Source: Balanoglossus misakiensis (lineage: Eukaryota; Animalia; Hemichordata). From it: DNA of 64,000 nt. The stretch is taken from positions 5,894,110-5,958,109 of the forward strand of contig CM082584.2 of assembly GCA_040954595.2 (NCBI GenBank), written 5' to 3'. The notes below the pieces were generated by a model. That model ran no database searches, was not told where the DNA came from, and saw only the letters and a program-made list of their open reading frames with translations. Made by a program: the position numbers and the translations under genes. Of the stretch, positions 48,601 through 63,500 are shown one piece after another (the stretch's first letter is position 1; each line of letters opens with the position of its first letter).

Positions 48601-51600
48601 ACGTGGGAGCAACCAGAAGAAAGACGTCGCAACGGCGTAATTACGAGGTACGAGTACATTTTCAGGAATGCCGTGGACGGCATGGACCGGAGAACGTTCT
48701 CCACAAGATATACTTCTGCAACCTTCGATGCCCTGTTACCGAGTACTTTGTACTCGTTCCAGTTAAGAGCTTATACCGACGAGGGACCGGGGCCTTACAG
48801 CGAAGAAGTTAGGGCAGTGACGGAAACAGGTAAGGGAACGAGTATACAGTTAACGACTATGCGCTGAGGAAAACTTTCATAAGAGCCTCACGAGGCAAGA
48901 TACAAATCCAGGGAACTTCATGTTCCAAGTGACAAGAATTAGCGAGTTTAATCCCCTTTTCTGTCAAGCATAACAAAGAAATCCTTTATCAATTAATTTC
49001 GATTCAATACGGTTTTTGCAAGTGACAGAGATTCAGACAGAGATCCAGACATTATTAGTCACATCTCAAACAAAAATATTGGTTCTTATTACTTTAATAA
49101 TCTTTATTTCTAGCGAGGGTGACAGGACCGGATGTGAAGGGCGATCCTACAACCCTGTCAGCCCGTACGAGTGGTGAGTACAATACTTTCCCTTTGCTTA
49201 ACTCTTCCTCTCTTGTTTTTCCGTTACTTCAATCTTTGCACTTGTTTTTGAACTTGTGTGTTTCAGTTTACTCTATGATTATGAATTTGTATTTTATTTT
49301 TCTCTTCTACTGCCCGAACGATTATTTCCTCGTCTGCGGGCGCCCTTATCAATAACAAGCCTCCTATTCAAATACTCGTTATCCGTTTTTTACCCTGAAA
49401 ATGTATCCAACACTCTTTTCTCGACCTCCATCTTTATGAATGTTCGTCAAATCGTTTTGCTCAGCCATTTTGCGAGTGCCAACGAGCAAACCTACAACTG
49501 TGTCAACAGCATACATCACTCAAAGCGACCGAACAACGGTATCAACCGTCCAAACAATTGGATCAGGTAGGCTTTGGCACGACGAGCAAGGTTATGAAAA
49601 AAACGTCTGTTGCATAACTACATGTACTCACCCCCACTAATCGATAGAATGGAATTGTCCTCAGCTAACGATTGTATTGCGTCACTTTTCCCTCGTTGAG
49701 CACGCGCTCACATCACGTTCCCAACATTCTGTTTAAATGACCCAATCTTGCGTGCAGAATTCAATTTTCGCACTAACATGTCTACAACTCTGTTTTCCTA
49801 CTCTGACATGCAACGCATGGAATGTAAATTTGCAAGCAACGAAATATGAAACAAGACGACAGCGTTGAAATTTGATTTACATGGGTGATTTTTAGATTCT
49901 TGTGTGTAAGCTCGGGACCATAGCGTTCATACGGCAGTCTTTAGATAAGTCTATACGAGGTCATCACTGTACAGTGAGTGACACACGAGTTGAGTTTAAG
50001 TAAACCGCCTGTCCATCTGTTCCCGATATCACAGTCAAATGGGCTTCTTTATCCCTTAAAAACTAAAACGCATTCCATATGCATGAAACATTTGCGTCCT
50101 CCCCAACCGACACATTAATATATCCTTGCCAAGCATACCGTATGTGTTACACTAATGTGTTTCGTGAAAGTAAAGACTATCAGGGGGTATATTTAAAAGA
50201 AAAAAATGAGGGGGAAGAGATTCATAGGTGTTCATGTAAATAGCTGTGAACGGTAGAGAATATTTCAGGCTTTTTTGTATGACCGGGGTCTTGCTGAACA
50301 TTTCGATATTAATTACTTATAGGAATCCATATAGGATTGACGGTTTGCACATAATTTTGAAATACACAATACGGACGTATTGTTATCGATTTGGTGGTAA
50401 TTTCTCTCTTCTCAGAGCCGGACCCACCAAAGGGGACCGTAGTAAAGGGAATAAAGACAGAAGTACCTTACGGTATTGCGACGGACGACGTGCAGACAAC
50501 AAAGGACGCGCCGCCGACCAAACAGATCCCGGCAGGCAGTGGCGAATTGAGCGGCTCTGTTACCTCCGCTGTGGTCATGGTGATTGGCATCATATGCGGT
50601 GTCGTGTTGATATTGCTACTGGCATGCGCAGTCTGCTTCATGATCATTCGGAGCAAGAAGAAGAAGCGGAAGGCGGCGAGAGTAGCGTCAGAGCCTCCAA
50701 TGCGCATGAGTGAGGTGAGGGGAAACAATTCCGATCAATATCCTCGCAATTCCACGAAAGAAACCCGGTGCTGGTACCAGTCAATTTCTATAGGCTAGAT
50801 GTTTGCAATCGGATAACATGGAGACCAGTTCAGTAGTGTCTACCTTGTGTTTTCAAATTGTTGGTGTGACGTCATGCATGTTTCAGCGTTACATACAACA
50901 TGCAACCCTTTTTACAGAAAACACACATTTTATTTGGTTCTAGGATGTTTACAAGCACAAATGCAAAAGTATGGTTGTCTGGTCTTGAGATAAGACTCAA
51001 AAATGGTAAACTCACGGTCTGCCGAAGTGACGGCTAGAGAATACTAAGTACTGTATTTTAAAATGTGAACATTGGACGTAATAAGAAAGATAACGTTAAT
51101 ACCAATATGTTTGTAACTTTTGAAATGGAAGTTCGAGTTAAAGCAGTCACCATCCGTCTTAGTTCACGGTTTTCACTGAAAGTTCACATTTTCGTTTGTA
51201 ACCACGACAGCTTCAGAGACAAGAGTCGGAGAACTTCCACAACGACTATGGAAGCAACCCATCAGCTCACCCGCCTATGCAAAGCGTCATATCCTTGGAC
51301 GGTTCAGCGATCCTCGTACCGGCACACCTGGACTTTTGGCGTATTCCTTGGGAGAAAATCATCTTCGAAGACAGGATTCTTGCGGAGGGCAACTTTGGCA
51401 GAGTGATGAAGGCGGACATCAAGAAAGACGACAATAATGTGATCGAGGCTGCAGTCAAAGTCCTTAAAGGTACTAGCAAATGCACGCCATGTCTTACAAT
51501 AATTTTGCGGCCCGACGCTTCTTAACGACCAACACTTCCAACTTCAGGTACATGTTGAGCATCTGCGAATGTTGATTAACGCTTCCTTATCTGTAAGTTT

Positions 51601-54296
51601 TTACTATTTTCCGTATTCTTGTTTTGTGTTTTCTGTTTATCAACCGCGCTCCCCGTTGTTGGGTGAGTATATGCGCCATCGTTATTGCTTTGGGATGTGA
51701 GCACGGTGTTCTGCTAATCACGGACATCACACGATGACTGACCTTCTGAATAATTTGGTTTCTCCACAGACGGAGCAAGTGACATCGATCGCAAAGATTT
51801 CATCGGTGAACTGGAAATCATGTGCAAAGTTGGAAAACATCCTAATATTGTCAGTTTAGTCGGAGCTTGTGAAAATTCAGGTATGGGCGATTACTCACCC
51901 GATCCATTTCTGCTTGGTTCTTGTTTTGTTTATATATATCGAGTCGTTTCGTCTCCTGGCTATTTTAGGCTATCAACATTACTGTGAATGATGTCTTTTC
52001 TTGTTTCAACTGCCTTCAACTTTAACATGCGTGTGATTTATCCGCAGGAGTCTTGTACGTAGCAACGGAGTACGCCAACCACGGCAATCTGTTGAACTTA
52101 CTTCGTAAGAGCCGTTGCTTGGAAACAGACCCTAACTATGCTAGGGATTTGCATAGCATGTCAACGTATGACTCCGAACAGCTACTGCAATTCGCTGCCG
52201 ACGTGGCTCTAGGAATGAAACATTTGTGCGAGAAAGGGGTAAGTCACACCAGGGAACACGTGTAACCATCCCAGGTGGAAATTAACATATTAGGTTGTGA
52301 AATACGCAGGAAGCAATTCTCAATTGCCGTTAGAGGTTTGTGGGTTCACAATTGCTCAGCAATCTTCCAGGTATAGCTTGTCTGGCATTAAATACATGTA
52401 TGTGTAAATATTCGTGGAAAACTTCGTTCGAGTTTTACACAGATCCCAGTGGATGTGAACTTTACATTTAATAACATGAATTTCATTCTACCTTTTCCCA
52501 GTGCGTACATCGTGATTTGGCAGCTCGTAACATCCTAGTGTATGATAACTTTGTGGCTAAAGTGGCCGACTTTGGTTTGTCACGTGGCGATGAGGTGTAT
52601 GTCAAGATGACTGCAGTAAGTACCTGTATATTATCATGTATGTGACCTTATAAAGAATCAGCGAAAGCAGCCCATACCTTACAGGTTTAAAGGGAGACAG
52701 TCGTCCCGTCTGCGGCTGCGCGGGAACGAGTCCCACAGGACACATGTACAGTTGCAGGGGAACTCTAAACAGGCAAAGACGTGTGACTTTTACAATGTAC
52801 ATAATTGCAAATAGCGTGCTGTTACTTTTTTATCGCATTCCCATGTTAGCGTTGACACAAACTATAGCGATTGGCGGCGTCTCCCTCAAATTACGGCGTG
52901 TTCATGACCATCGCCCGCCAGCAAGTCAAAGTAGGCACAATGTATAGAACTGTTAAAATGAACAATGTGTTTTTTTGGGGTATTACACTGTACATCATGG
53001 CGAACAATTTATATATCATACTTTTGAATCACATAAATGCCCGGTTCTGAATGTACCAATAACAATGCTTGACTATCAATGAATACAGGGTCGCTTGCCA
53101 GTTAGATGGATGGCCATTGAATCTCTTAACTACAGCGTATACACAACGAAGAGTGACGTGTAAGTGTAACAAATCGTCCTTGCAAGTAAACGTATATGAC
53201 AACCAAGACCATAAGTCTATGCTTGTTTTCCAGCACAATATTACAAATCTAATAAAGAAAATATTGTTTATTGTTTGAGATTGGGACGATAGGAAATGGC
53301 TGAGTTTGTTCCACCTGATCATGATAAGCTATTCCTTGTTTTGCTTCCTGGAACACACGTATGACATATATCAAACATGTAGGTTTGACACCTGCATCGC
53401 AGAAACAAAGATTTCAATACATCGTAATGTGCATGTAAGGTGTCTCCTTACCACACTAATTGTAGGTACCAAGTACATATACCACAATTATGTATTCACG
53501 GGAAGTTTCCATTCGTTACGTACTTATACTTGTATTGCAGTCGTATATGCCGTTTATTGAATCAGAGTTTAATGGCATTTACTTTTCACACAGATGGTCC
53601 TTCGGAATTTTGCTTTGGGAAATAATTACACTCGGTAAGTAACATTCCTTGTTGAATTCATACACTCACTATTTCAACCATCATCACTTTCTATTCGTTC
53701 AGCTGCAAATGTCCGAAGTGCCAGTGTATTGTTCGGTCTGTATCGATGTTATACATATTTGAGGTGGGCACCATTAGTTTCTGAGCATATGTGGTAGATA
53801 CATATAGATCTGTACAGGCGTCCGAGTCAATTAACGGGAGACGAACTTTCTATATGAGAAGTCATCCTGTTTGGATGTGACGGGCGAGACAAGCGTAACG
53901 CGATGCCCGCACTCTTTTAACACACACAAAAGAACTTGCATCAGAGTTTTATCGTATATCGTTTGCCTTCTAGATTGTCGTTTGTCGTGTTTGCTGTCTG
54001 TTACCGTTCGACTGGGTATTCAATTTCGCCTAGCTTAATTGGACGTGTTCGTGTTTCTACTTTATGTAGGACTTATAATCTTGAGTTTGCAGGTTTCAGA
54101 TGAACACCATGACTGTCCATTAGTGTTATTGCTGTCCATGGATTTCAGTTCATCGTGTAATACAATCTGTCTGGCCACACCTGCCTGTTTAATCCTAAGA
54201 ACACCACAATACCGGTGCAACATTTTATCATTTTGTCCCATCGTTTTTAGAAATCTGCACCTTTTGTACACAATGTTTTCTTTGCATTGCTTGACA

Positions 54297-54343
<47 letters not shown>

Positions 54344-55036
54344 CGTTGTGTTACAGGTGGGACACCATATCCAGGGTTGACATGTGCTGAACTCTATCAA
54401 CAACTACCACGCGGTTATCGTATGCCCAAACCACTCAATTGCGACAATGAAATGTAAGTGGTACATGTATTCCTTAATTTCGGTTTTGTTTATGAAAACA
54501 GTGGCCTTTTTGATTGAGACACACAGCATACACAACAGTTCGAAATGGACACCTTATGTCCCTTTAACAAGTGTTAAATCTTTACGTGTACTATTTTTTT
54601 AACCCACCAGATATGAGCTGATGCGACACTGTTGGCGAGAAAGACCATACGATCGTCCAGATTTCGCTCAGATATACATCGCTCTCAAAAGGATGGTACA
54701 GGATAAGAAGGTGAGTGTGAGAAGCCCATTTGTAGATTGTATTGTCTGCTATAAGTCTCATCCATCGATTTGTTCCATGCGTGTCCATGCTCTCAACAAA
54801 TTACAAATCGACCCAGTTATCGGTTAATCTTGTTTCCCTATACCCTATAAATAGAAGTCTTTCCTCATTTCCAGCCCTATGTTAACATGAGCGTTGACGA
54901 CAAATTCAAATATGAAGCCATCAATTCGGCCGAGGAAGCGGAACACGCCAGCAAAGCAGCGGCCAGTGAACGGGAGGAGAGGCAGCGTCTTCTATCTGAT
55001 ATGTCTGACGGCGCATGCGCTTCGGTCGAGTGCTAG
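36626..55036 (+). CDS. TIE: Tie/TEK-like receptor tyrosine kinase (signal peptide, Ig-like x2, EGF x3, FN3 x4, S/T stalk, TM, kinase), ~1265 aa, 22 exons
   Basis: Phase-consistent exons: 36626-36668 ([14 protein letters not shown]), 43230-43517, 44222-44512, 44965-45099, 45426-45563, 45951-46079, 46483-46794, 47185-47466, 47907-48188, 48539-48829, 49114-49173, 49465-49566, 50416-50714 (TM), 51211-51469, 51770-51880, 52048-52238, 52502-52615 ([15 protein letters not shown]), 53089-53159, 53594-53634, 54357-54453, 54611-54710, 54875-55036. [28 protein letters not shown] and TCAELY..LP.GYR..KPLNC closely match Tie-family kinases. Confidence 0.92.
41994..42415 (+). mobile_element. 5'-truncated non-LTR retrotransposon (LINE) 3' end in intron 1 of the Tie-like gene
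   Basis: [25 protein letters not shown]...[13 protein letters not shown] is a typical C-terminal CCHC region of LINE ORF2. It is followed by a short 3' UTR and AATAAA. Confidence 0.75.
52691..52887. mobile_element. Degenerate TTAA-type MITE (Kolobok-like), intronic
   Basis: TTAA|AGGGAGACAGTCGTC ... GGCGGCGTCTCCCT. The ends resemble those of the 29504 element. Confidence 0.5.
54297..54343. repeat. (ATG)n microsatellite, intronic, just upstream of an acceptor
   Basis: About 15 ATG units; these explain the spurious poly-Met and poly-Ile ORFs. Confidence 0.95.
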
Positions 55037-56251
55037 TCCGTCTGGCGAGACCTGATTGGAGCTGGTGGTCACATGATGCTAATGTGTGCTAAACGTTCTG
55101 CAAGGTCACCAAGGGGATTGGTATACGCCTCTTTACACTAATGTGTTTGAGACGAGGTGATCTCTTACTTGTATCACGACGCTGGTAGGTGTGGCAATAT
55201 ATATATACTGTCTAATAAATTTGACATTCAGCACACCGTTATATATCACAGACGGTGAATACTGTCTATGATGTCACTCATGAATTATGAGCACGAAATC
55301 TCATCCATCCAGAACAACATTGTGCAGAGGACTGTAGAACATTTGGAATCGTGGCTTGGTTACTTACAGATTACGCCCGCCTTGAATATTCATGAGCAAC
55401 ATTAACGTTAACTGTCGGGGCATTCACGATTGCCTTTGCTCTCTGTGGTTGTTCTGTTGCACAGAAAAGGCTGTGTTTTCGTGTAACATTTACATAATTG
55501 GGTTTTTATTGTGAAGTCTTGCCGTTTCTATAGTTTATGATGCCGAGGATTGGTCAGATGCAAGAGACCGATGCATGCGATGTATTTTGGTTGTGACAAT
55601 ATTAAACACATTCCATCATCAAGATGAACAAAATATTTGTAAATAAGAATTTACACCATATAGTGTGAACACCATTTAAACAGCATGCAATTGATAGTAA
55701 AGAACCAAACATCACTCCAAAATGTAAGATCTGCTTGGACTTTAATAAGCGATATTTTCTGCATTTTATTTACATTACAGTATATTGTGTAGCCTTATAA
55801 TTACAGCTTATTTCATGTTGAATCCCAACTCATCATCATTGTCGCCATTTATTGACACTGTGTTGTTTGTGTTTCCATGTTTACCAGACATTGGGGAGAT
55901 CTATTCGCAACGGGATTATGTCTGATGTATTCAGTGACATATTCTGTGGTTTGTATGCATGGTTATGCAATTAAAGTACCACCTGAACTTGTTTGTAAAA
56001 AATTTAACACAGCTTGGACATGCAGCAAGTCTGTTCGTGTAAACATGGCAACATAAACAACATCAATTTACACAAATGTTAAAAATATGTCTCACAGTGT
56101 GACAGCTTTGTCTATGTACATCTAAGTACTCATATGAGTATGGCTGTGAAACTAATATTTCCCAGTGTATACGTACTTTTTGAATGATATATATATATAC
56201 ATTTGACAGCCAGGACCTGGCATTAAAGTTCCACAGCGGCCCGAGTCTGAC

Positions 56252-56257
56252 AATAAA
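56252..56257 (+). terminator. Candidate polyadenylation signal of the Tie-like gene
   Basis: AATAAA about 1.2 kb after the stop codon, followed by GT/T-rich sequence. Another AATAAA lies at ~55214. Confidence 0.4.
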
Positions 56258-57546
56258 ACATGTTTTGTGTAATCACATGATTTGGTATTCATTGTTTTGA
56301 AATGATTACCAGTACTTTTATACATTATTTGATATTAAGTTGACACTGCCATAATTTTACAACACGTAGAAACTACAAAAATGTGTATATTTGAACAAAC
56401 TGCCGGAGCTTGTTCGAGTTAAATACTCTACTTTTCTCTACTTCTACTTATTGAAATGAAAAATAACATTACCATTTACAGAGAATTTGCCTTAAACATT
56501 GAATAAATGTAATATTTATAAGGAATTAACTTAGTAGATTTTACTCGCGTAGATATATCTTTCAATTTGCATGAAACAAAAATATTCCATTGAAGTATAT
56601 ATTTTTAAATAAATAATACAATATATGTACAATGTACAATCGCTCTTTTTATAACACATTAGAGTGGTAGAATTACCAACTTCAATAGAGAAAAGTATTA
56701 TATATTGTTATAACGCATTTATTTGATAGCGTTAATTACTATGCAATAAACGAAGACTGTAAATGATACTTCGCTAAGACCTGCTCTAATAATAAAAATA
56801 ATTGTTTCTGTTGAAAGATCGTAGTGATTAAATACACAATTATGCAAATCATGTTTAGGTGACAACCGAGGAAATTTACATTATTTTACACTTGGCTAGA
56901 AAAAATGTTTCATGCACGTGATGGATATTTGATGACCGCACTTCCTATATAGAGAATTGACAGAGCGTAAGTAATGAGCATTGATTTTGTGAATAAAATT
57001 TTGTATCACTTTGAAAATGGTTGGTCGCGTCGTTTATTTTAATGTTAGTATATGTTGGGAATTTTCACAAGATTTGTGGAATGGATGGGACAGATTTAAC
57101 AAAATGCTGAAAATAGCCAAAAAGTCAAAGCTATAGTCCTTTCGAAAGACCCGCAAAATTAATACAAAGAGTATCAATGAAATAAGTGTTTACAATGTAC
57201 TTGAATATGTGTAATCTGACAAGAAGCGCGCCTGAGTAATTATATCAATGACTGGAGATGTATTGCCATCCGATTTCCCACAGAAACAAGGTAATAAAAT
57301 AACTTTAATAGTTTGTATACGGTATTGTCTAGGTGGTATATACTTTTGCAGACTGCCTAAATGTGACGCCAGTATTTTGCATTGTGTCAGGAAGATATTT
57401 GGTGTTTTCTTCTTCTTTTTCCTTCGTTTGGGGGATGTGTAGTGCACTACCAGTACCACATGTTGCCTTTTAGCAGAAATGACGTCACACATTCCCGTAT
57501 AATGTTAACTCCGCTGTCATATGTGACCGTGTTCTCGACACCCTTG

Positions 57547-60500
57547 TCAGGTGACAGTATAGTCGCTCGTGTTGTTTCTCGACCCTGAAGGATGAAATAA
57601 ATGCAATGTCATTTTTATGATACATGTAGCTTCGAACAACAGTGGCGGGTAATGAGGATTTACATTCCATCTCCTGACTAATGGACATTAAAATTCAACG
57701 ATTGCAGCATAAGTCTAGTTTGATATGTATTGATCTGATATTATTGACTTCTTTAGAGGTACATACGTGTAGTAATTGCCTACTGTCGCATTTTGGAGAC
57801 GAACTTTAAAAACCTCGTTCGAAAAATATTTGAATACGTGAATATCATAGCTGTTCGATATGCCAACTCATATCTGCCGATGTCATTCCAAGCCGGCACT
57901 AATGTGTGCACTTCATATGTAATCCATAAATCCCAAGAATGGCGGGGAAAATCATTATTCAAATTCAAACATAGGCATTATTATTGAAATAAGTGCGAAG
58001 TGCACAAGTTTGTACCGCCGAATTAGATCAAGACAAACCATGTTCAAATGAATGTAAGAAATTCATAACAAGCCTCTCACCTCTCTGTGTCACGCTATCG
58101 GATATTTGCATACACTCAGATATGGTACTCACGCCGCTGTTACTGACATCCAAGTATCTACCAGCCTTTGTTGTAAAAAATAAGGTATTGTTATTGTACA
58201 CTACTTCAATAATATCTTGCATCAGATATATTTCAGCATGGAGAAACGACATTCAGTCACCATTTAACCCTTTTGTAATAATAGACAGAATTCAACGTTC
58301 TTTTCCTGTTCAATGGTATAGTTGAATGGTTCATAAACTCATGATTCACGAAACTGGCCTATTACTTCGAACCCAGTTCAATCACCGAAACTACGACACC
58401 AGCTGTTTAACTGCACACTTGCAACTATCCGTCAGTGGAGCAAGACATGGGAAGCACTACTGTATCTATGACACCATCAGCTGCAATATTCCTGCATAGC
58501 AACTCTTACAATTACAACCAAGTGGAAATGGTATATTTCCCGTGTCATATATTGGACGGAAGTGTTCGAAATGGAAACAATTTCGTGTATGGTGATCGAC
58601 ACGGACTAATTCAAGTCATTCCCCAAAATAACGAATTCCACGTACATGGCAACTCTATACCATCATGCATTTACCTGTGGTTGGGATGCACTTGTGCTGT
58701 GCCTTGGATCCGGAGTGGTGGACTGCAGGAAATGTTCCTGGTACTTATTCCGTATGAAGCTCGGCACACGGTTCGATCGTCGAAGCCTCTTTCCGATCTC
58801 CTTCTGCACTCGCTCGTTCATAAAACAGTGAAATATGAATATGAACATACCCTGAAAAAAATTGTAAACATATTCAATGAAAATTTCACTTGGATGTAAT
58901 TGGATGTATTACATATTTCCTTAAAACAGACAAATACTAAACCTTGCTGTAAAATGAGAATTTCACAATGTTTAATTATGAATTTAAAAACATACATTTA
59001 TTTACCTGGAAGGCATTGAGAATGGTAAACACGTACGCCATGACCACTGAATCTTCGTTCACAAACATCAAACCGATTATCCACGTGACGCCAAGAATAC
59101 AAACCAGTACCACCGCTCCTTTGACCCAAACTCTATTAATAGGTATGCAACAGTCAAAGACATTCTTAAGTGAATTGTTATCAAACGGTTAGTATTTCGA
59201 CACGTGCTTTCGCTGTGATCTAAAGATCAGAGCCAAATGCAAGACAGGAAATAATGTTCCGTCAAAAGCATCGTTCTTCGTACAAACGGAACACATCTAA
59301 CATCACACACATTGCCTTCATTGAGTTATGTGAAATGGACCTTATGTCATTTATGTCAAACTTTGACAAAGTGAAAACTGGGTGCTGACAAGCGAGAGGT
59401 ATTTGCAAAGGCAATCACCGAATATTTGCATAAAGAGGGTATGTTTTGACCTACTTTGCTTTTGTCACGGGGTCCTCTTCGCGCTTGACCGGCAGAGAGC
59501 GGTGTGAATACGCAACACGTAATGCCATGCATAAAAACACCAAGTTAACCTGTGGGAATAATTTGACACGAAGAATTGTACAAATATGAGCGAAGGTTGA
59601 ATACGTACAGTGTCACTTCCGTCACTTAAAATGCTGAACCCATGAAGCTGAAAAACCTTGCAGCGTTTTTGGAGTAATGAAAACATAAAAACTTTGCATC
59701 TTCGTGTTTGTGCATATCAGGTGGTGAATGTCAGGCATATCCTATCTCTTTAAGCAAGACATTCATTTCAACTGAAACGTTCTGGGAAATGTGTAAGCAA
59801 AATTAACTCCCACAAACAACACACAAGTATCACTTACAGCAGCAATGGCAGTCACGGGTCCAACAAAACTCCATATCAGTCCCGTCTCTGTTTTCAGCCA
59901 ACAGCTGATGAGAGATGAAAGTTCATGTATACAATGTCAGATATCCCTTAGTACTTGTATATGAAGTTGTTCTGATGAACGGAAATTCGACTCATTCAAT
60001 TATTTATCATGTGTTTCTGGTCAATTACTAAAATGTGAAGGCAGTTTATACTCACTGGAACTCATTACCATATCCATCGTGACGTATGCCAGCTGATATG
60101 CCGACGATTACCGCGGGTATACCTACCAAAGGAACAGTCACTCTTATCATTACGGGGTCGATGATGAAGTATTTCACATGAACGAACTACCCCCAACCCA
60201 TAACTTCAGAACATTTAATTAAAGATCTGCATGTACTTGTGGTCAACATAAAGTGGTACCAATGTCAACCGTCATTTTCACTCGCAAAAATACAAATTCG
60301 GTTTTACATCGACAAAAAGTTTCTGCTAGTTAATGTAACATGCGGTGTATGTCTTGCATTCAACAAGACTATACTATGGTTTCATTTCAGCTATGGCTAC
60401 AAATGTTTATCTGGTTGGCCGATCTCGTTTCTCATATATACCTTATCAAACATTACGACCTGAACGGCATATCACGATGCCGTATAATGTCGCCTATTGT

Positions 60501-63500
60501 TTGTACGGAAATGAAAAGCTGTCAAATCATCAAGACACGTTCACTGATATTGTTGTCGTATGATATATAGCGTACAAGATAACTCACCATAACCAGCAAG
60601 GTAATACAAGTAGATTCGTGATTTCTCCTGTGCAAACACTCGCACCAACATAATGTAGAGCTGGATGCCTTCTAAGCACATCCACGAAAACGACGCCAGG
60701 AAGAAGTAATGCATGAAACCCGCCATGACAGAACACGCAATCTGCAATCAAGAAATTTTACACGTCAGTTTGGACATTCCATAGATTACTAATCCTGTAT
60801 ATTATTTAACAGTGTTATGTCGTTAACCACCGCTAAATGGATTCTAGACTGAGATTTCAAAATATGAAGAATTGCAGCCATCTATTTCTCGTGGCTGTTA
60901 GCGATATGCTTTCATGAAAGACATACGTTATTTATATTATTCTGCCTTTATGGATCATTATTCAAGCGTTCTTTGTGATTCACCATTATTCAGCATTATT
61001 GCACATGACATAAAACATCAATACTTTGATGGTGTATGACATATAAATGCGAAAAGCATGTCACTCAAATTTCGAATGTTGTAAAGCTAGAAATATGGGA
61101 GACTGTACAGCTCCATAACCTAGTGGATAAATAGTTTCAGTATGCACTGCCAGATAATATGATTTTAACACACAACGCGCAATTCCCGCAGTTGTGCCAA
61201 GAGATAGCTTCCATCTCGTCTGTGTCCTTAGATTTTGCTCAGACAAGTAATAAATTCAAAGTTGGGGAAGCTGTGATATTATGTGGAAAAGTTTGCTTAT
61301 GCTAATTATTGTTTAGATGACTATAACACGAAATCAACTGTGAGCATGGGTGAAAATGAATGTTTCAGTTTGAGAATTTACAACATGCTATTCTACAAAC
61401 CTATATCGGCAATATAGTTACTGTAACATGGCGGTGTACACAGCACATAGCGTACCTTGTTTTCCGTTCTTCCTATACCAACGATAAAGAGTGTCTCGGC
61501 GACAAGCAGACACAAACACAGGTTTCTGTGAATGGTATTACGAACACAGAACAGGGACCTGCGCAAGAGACGACGGAGACGATCAGCATGTACAATGTGG
61601 GCAAGTATACCTATCTTAGTTACATCACTATAAAGAGAAGTCAGGTTCTTATTCACTCTATCGAACCCAGCTACAATAATTGTAGCCTTTGTGGGCTGGT
61701 TTGATCGCGCTGATGGCCACCTAAGCACAATCAAACCAGCCACCAAGGCTACAGTTATTGCAGCTATACACACACCAAGTCTTAGTGCCGTGTGGCACAT
61801 AATCATTGTGCACTAACATCAAGTTAAGTGACCGGCCAACAGGTGGTAATCAAGGTCTACGCGTTGAGTGAGCTTAGCGACGTACGGGTCTTTGCCAGTG
61901 TAAAGTAGGGACCATGACCCAATTCATCCGTTGTTGTTTTTTACATATATTTTGTTTATAGCCTTACCTGAATGCAGAAAACACTATGACACAGATTACC
62001 AGGCAGATAATGGAGACAATGCAGCCCACGTAGGTGATAACGGTCAGAGCGGTGTTGTGACTCTCTGAAAGCTGATTTGAAATGACAGATATCAATGTTT
62101 TAATGTAGGCTACGACTCCGCTGGCCGCCATAAAATGAGCGATCACGCTACAAATCTCATGTCTGGAGAAAGCTTTGTATGCCACGAGAAGCTGAGATAA
62201 AAGTTTTGTTATCAAATATTTTAAAGGTCGCCGTGATTTATTGTCCTTGACGTTATCATGTCAATGCCTTGTTGGTTGAAGTCATGAAACGATAGATACA
62301 TAAAGAATGTCAGGAGACTCACTGATGGATGAAACACACCATGAATCATTACACAAAACGTTACATGCGCTGAATTCTACTTACAACACACTTTACACAG
62401 CTGGGACCGTGAACATTGTGTGTACTCCGGTGTTTCAAAGTATTGTACCGGGGTGATCGTAGACTTACATGTACATTATATATATAGGCAGCTCAGTACT
62501 TGGTGTTTACAGCATAGAGTACTACAATGTGCCAGCAACTAAATACAACGAACAGGACTACACCTCCTATAGTAACGTGGCCAGTTTATCATCCTAGCTA
62601 TGATAGTCAGGAGTGTATTTTTTATATTCCTGACAAAGATTATCGTACTCTCCTGTACCAGCTAAATGTGGATTACTCATCATGATGCAACCACTAGCTA
62701 ATTACCGTTGGATTCTTCAAACCAGTGACTTTTGTGGCCAGTAATTTTAATGTTTTTTGCTTTCTTTCAATACCCACCTTTGTTCCTTGAACATCCATCA
62801 ACACAGCGAAGTTAGTGAGGTGACTGCATGCACATTCTGTGTGTGTCGCATTACTGGTAATGCTGCGGCATCCTTCTGTCGACCACTGCCCTTGCTTTGT
62901 CCTGTGTTAGAAGATGACGGGTGATAGTCACGCATGATATGAAGGCGGGGTTCTACTCTAAATTGAAAATATTGCCATTTTTCTGATTTATATACTAATA
63001 AATACTGTATATCTATCAACCGAAGAGTTGTGGAACAGAACAGGTCAAAGTGAAGCGACGGAGGAACATGTCGGCGGGACAAAAAAAACTGTGACCATTA
63101 ACCACTAAACATCATCGCAGATGTGTGTTTGTCATATCGGCAAATATTGGAATGATTGCAATCGCAATGTAATGTGCGTATTAGATAATAAAAACAAAGG
63201 GTAGTAGGCATAACCCAGCTGGTACACAGTAAAGGGCATAGGTGGTTATGATTGTGCTTTTACCTTTGTGAATACTTCCAGAAAGCACAAGTCGCATTTT
63301 CCACGTTGTCTGTCTGAAATGTATAGAAAGATAACCTCTGTCAGTTTGCGAATATGGCCCACTCTATGTGACAAAACTATTATAGAAACTACAGACAGTG
63401 CCGCGAGAATGACATCAGAATATGTATTTGTCGAAAATTGTGAATTGCAAAGATATTAATCTGCAGGATTCTGATAACGATTGCAATGAAATTGCCGACA

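Noticed and set aside
54039-54403. Poly-Met / poly-Ile ORFs
   Set aside because: Artefact of the intronic (ATG)n microsatellite.
58435-58899. 154-aa plus-strand ORF
   Set aside because: It is antisense to the TM7/tail exon of the adhesion GPCR and has no independent coding signal.
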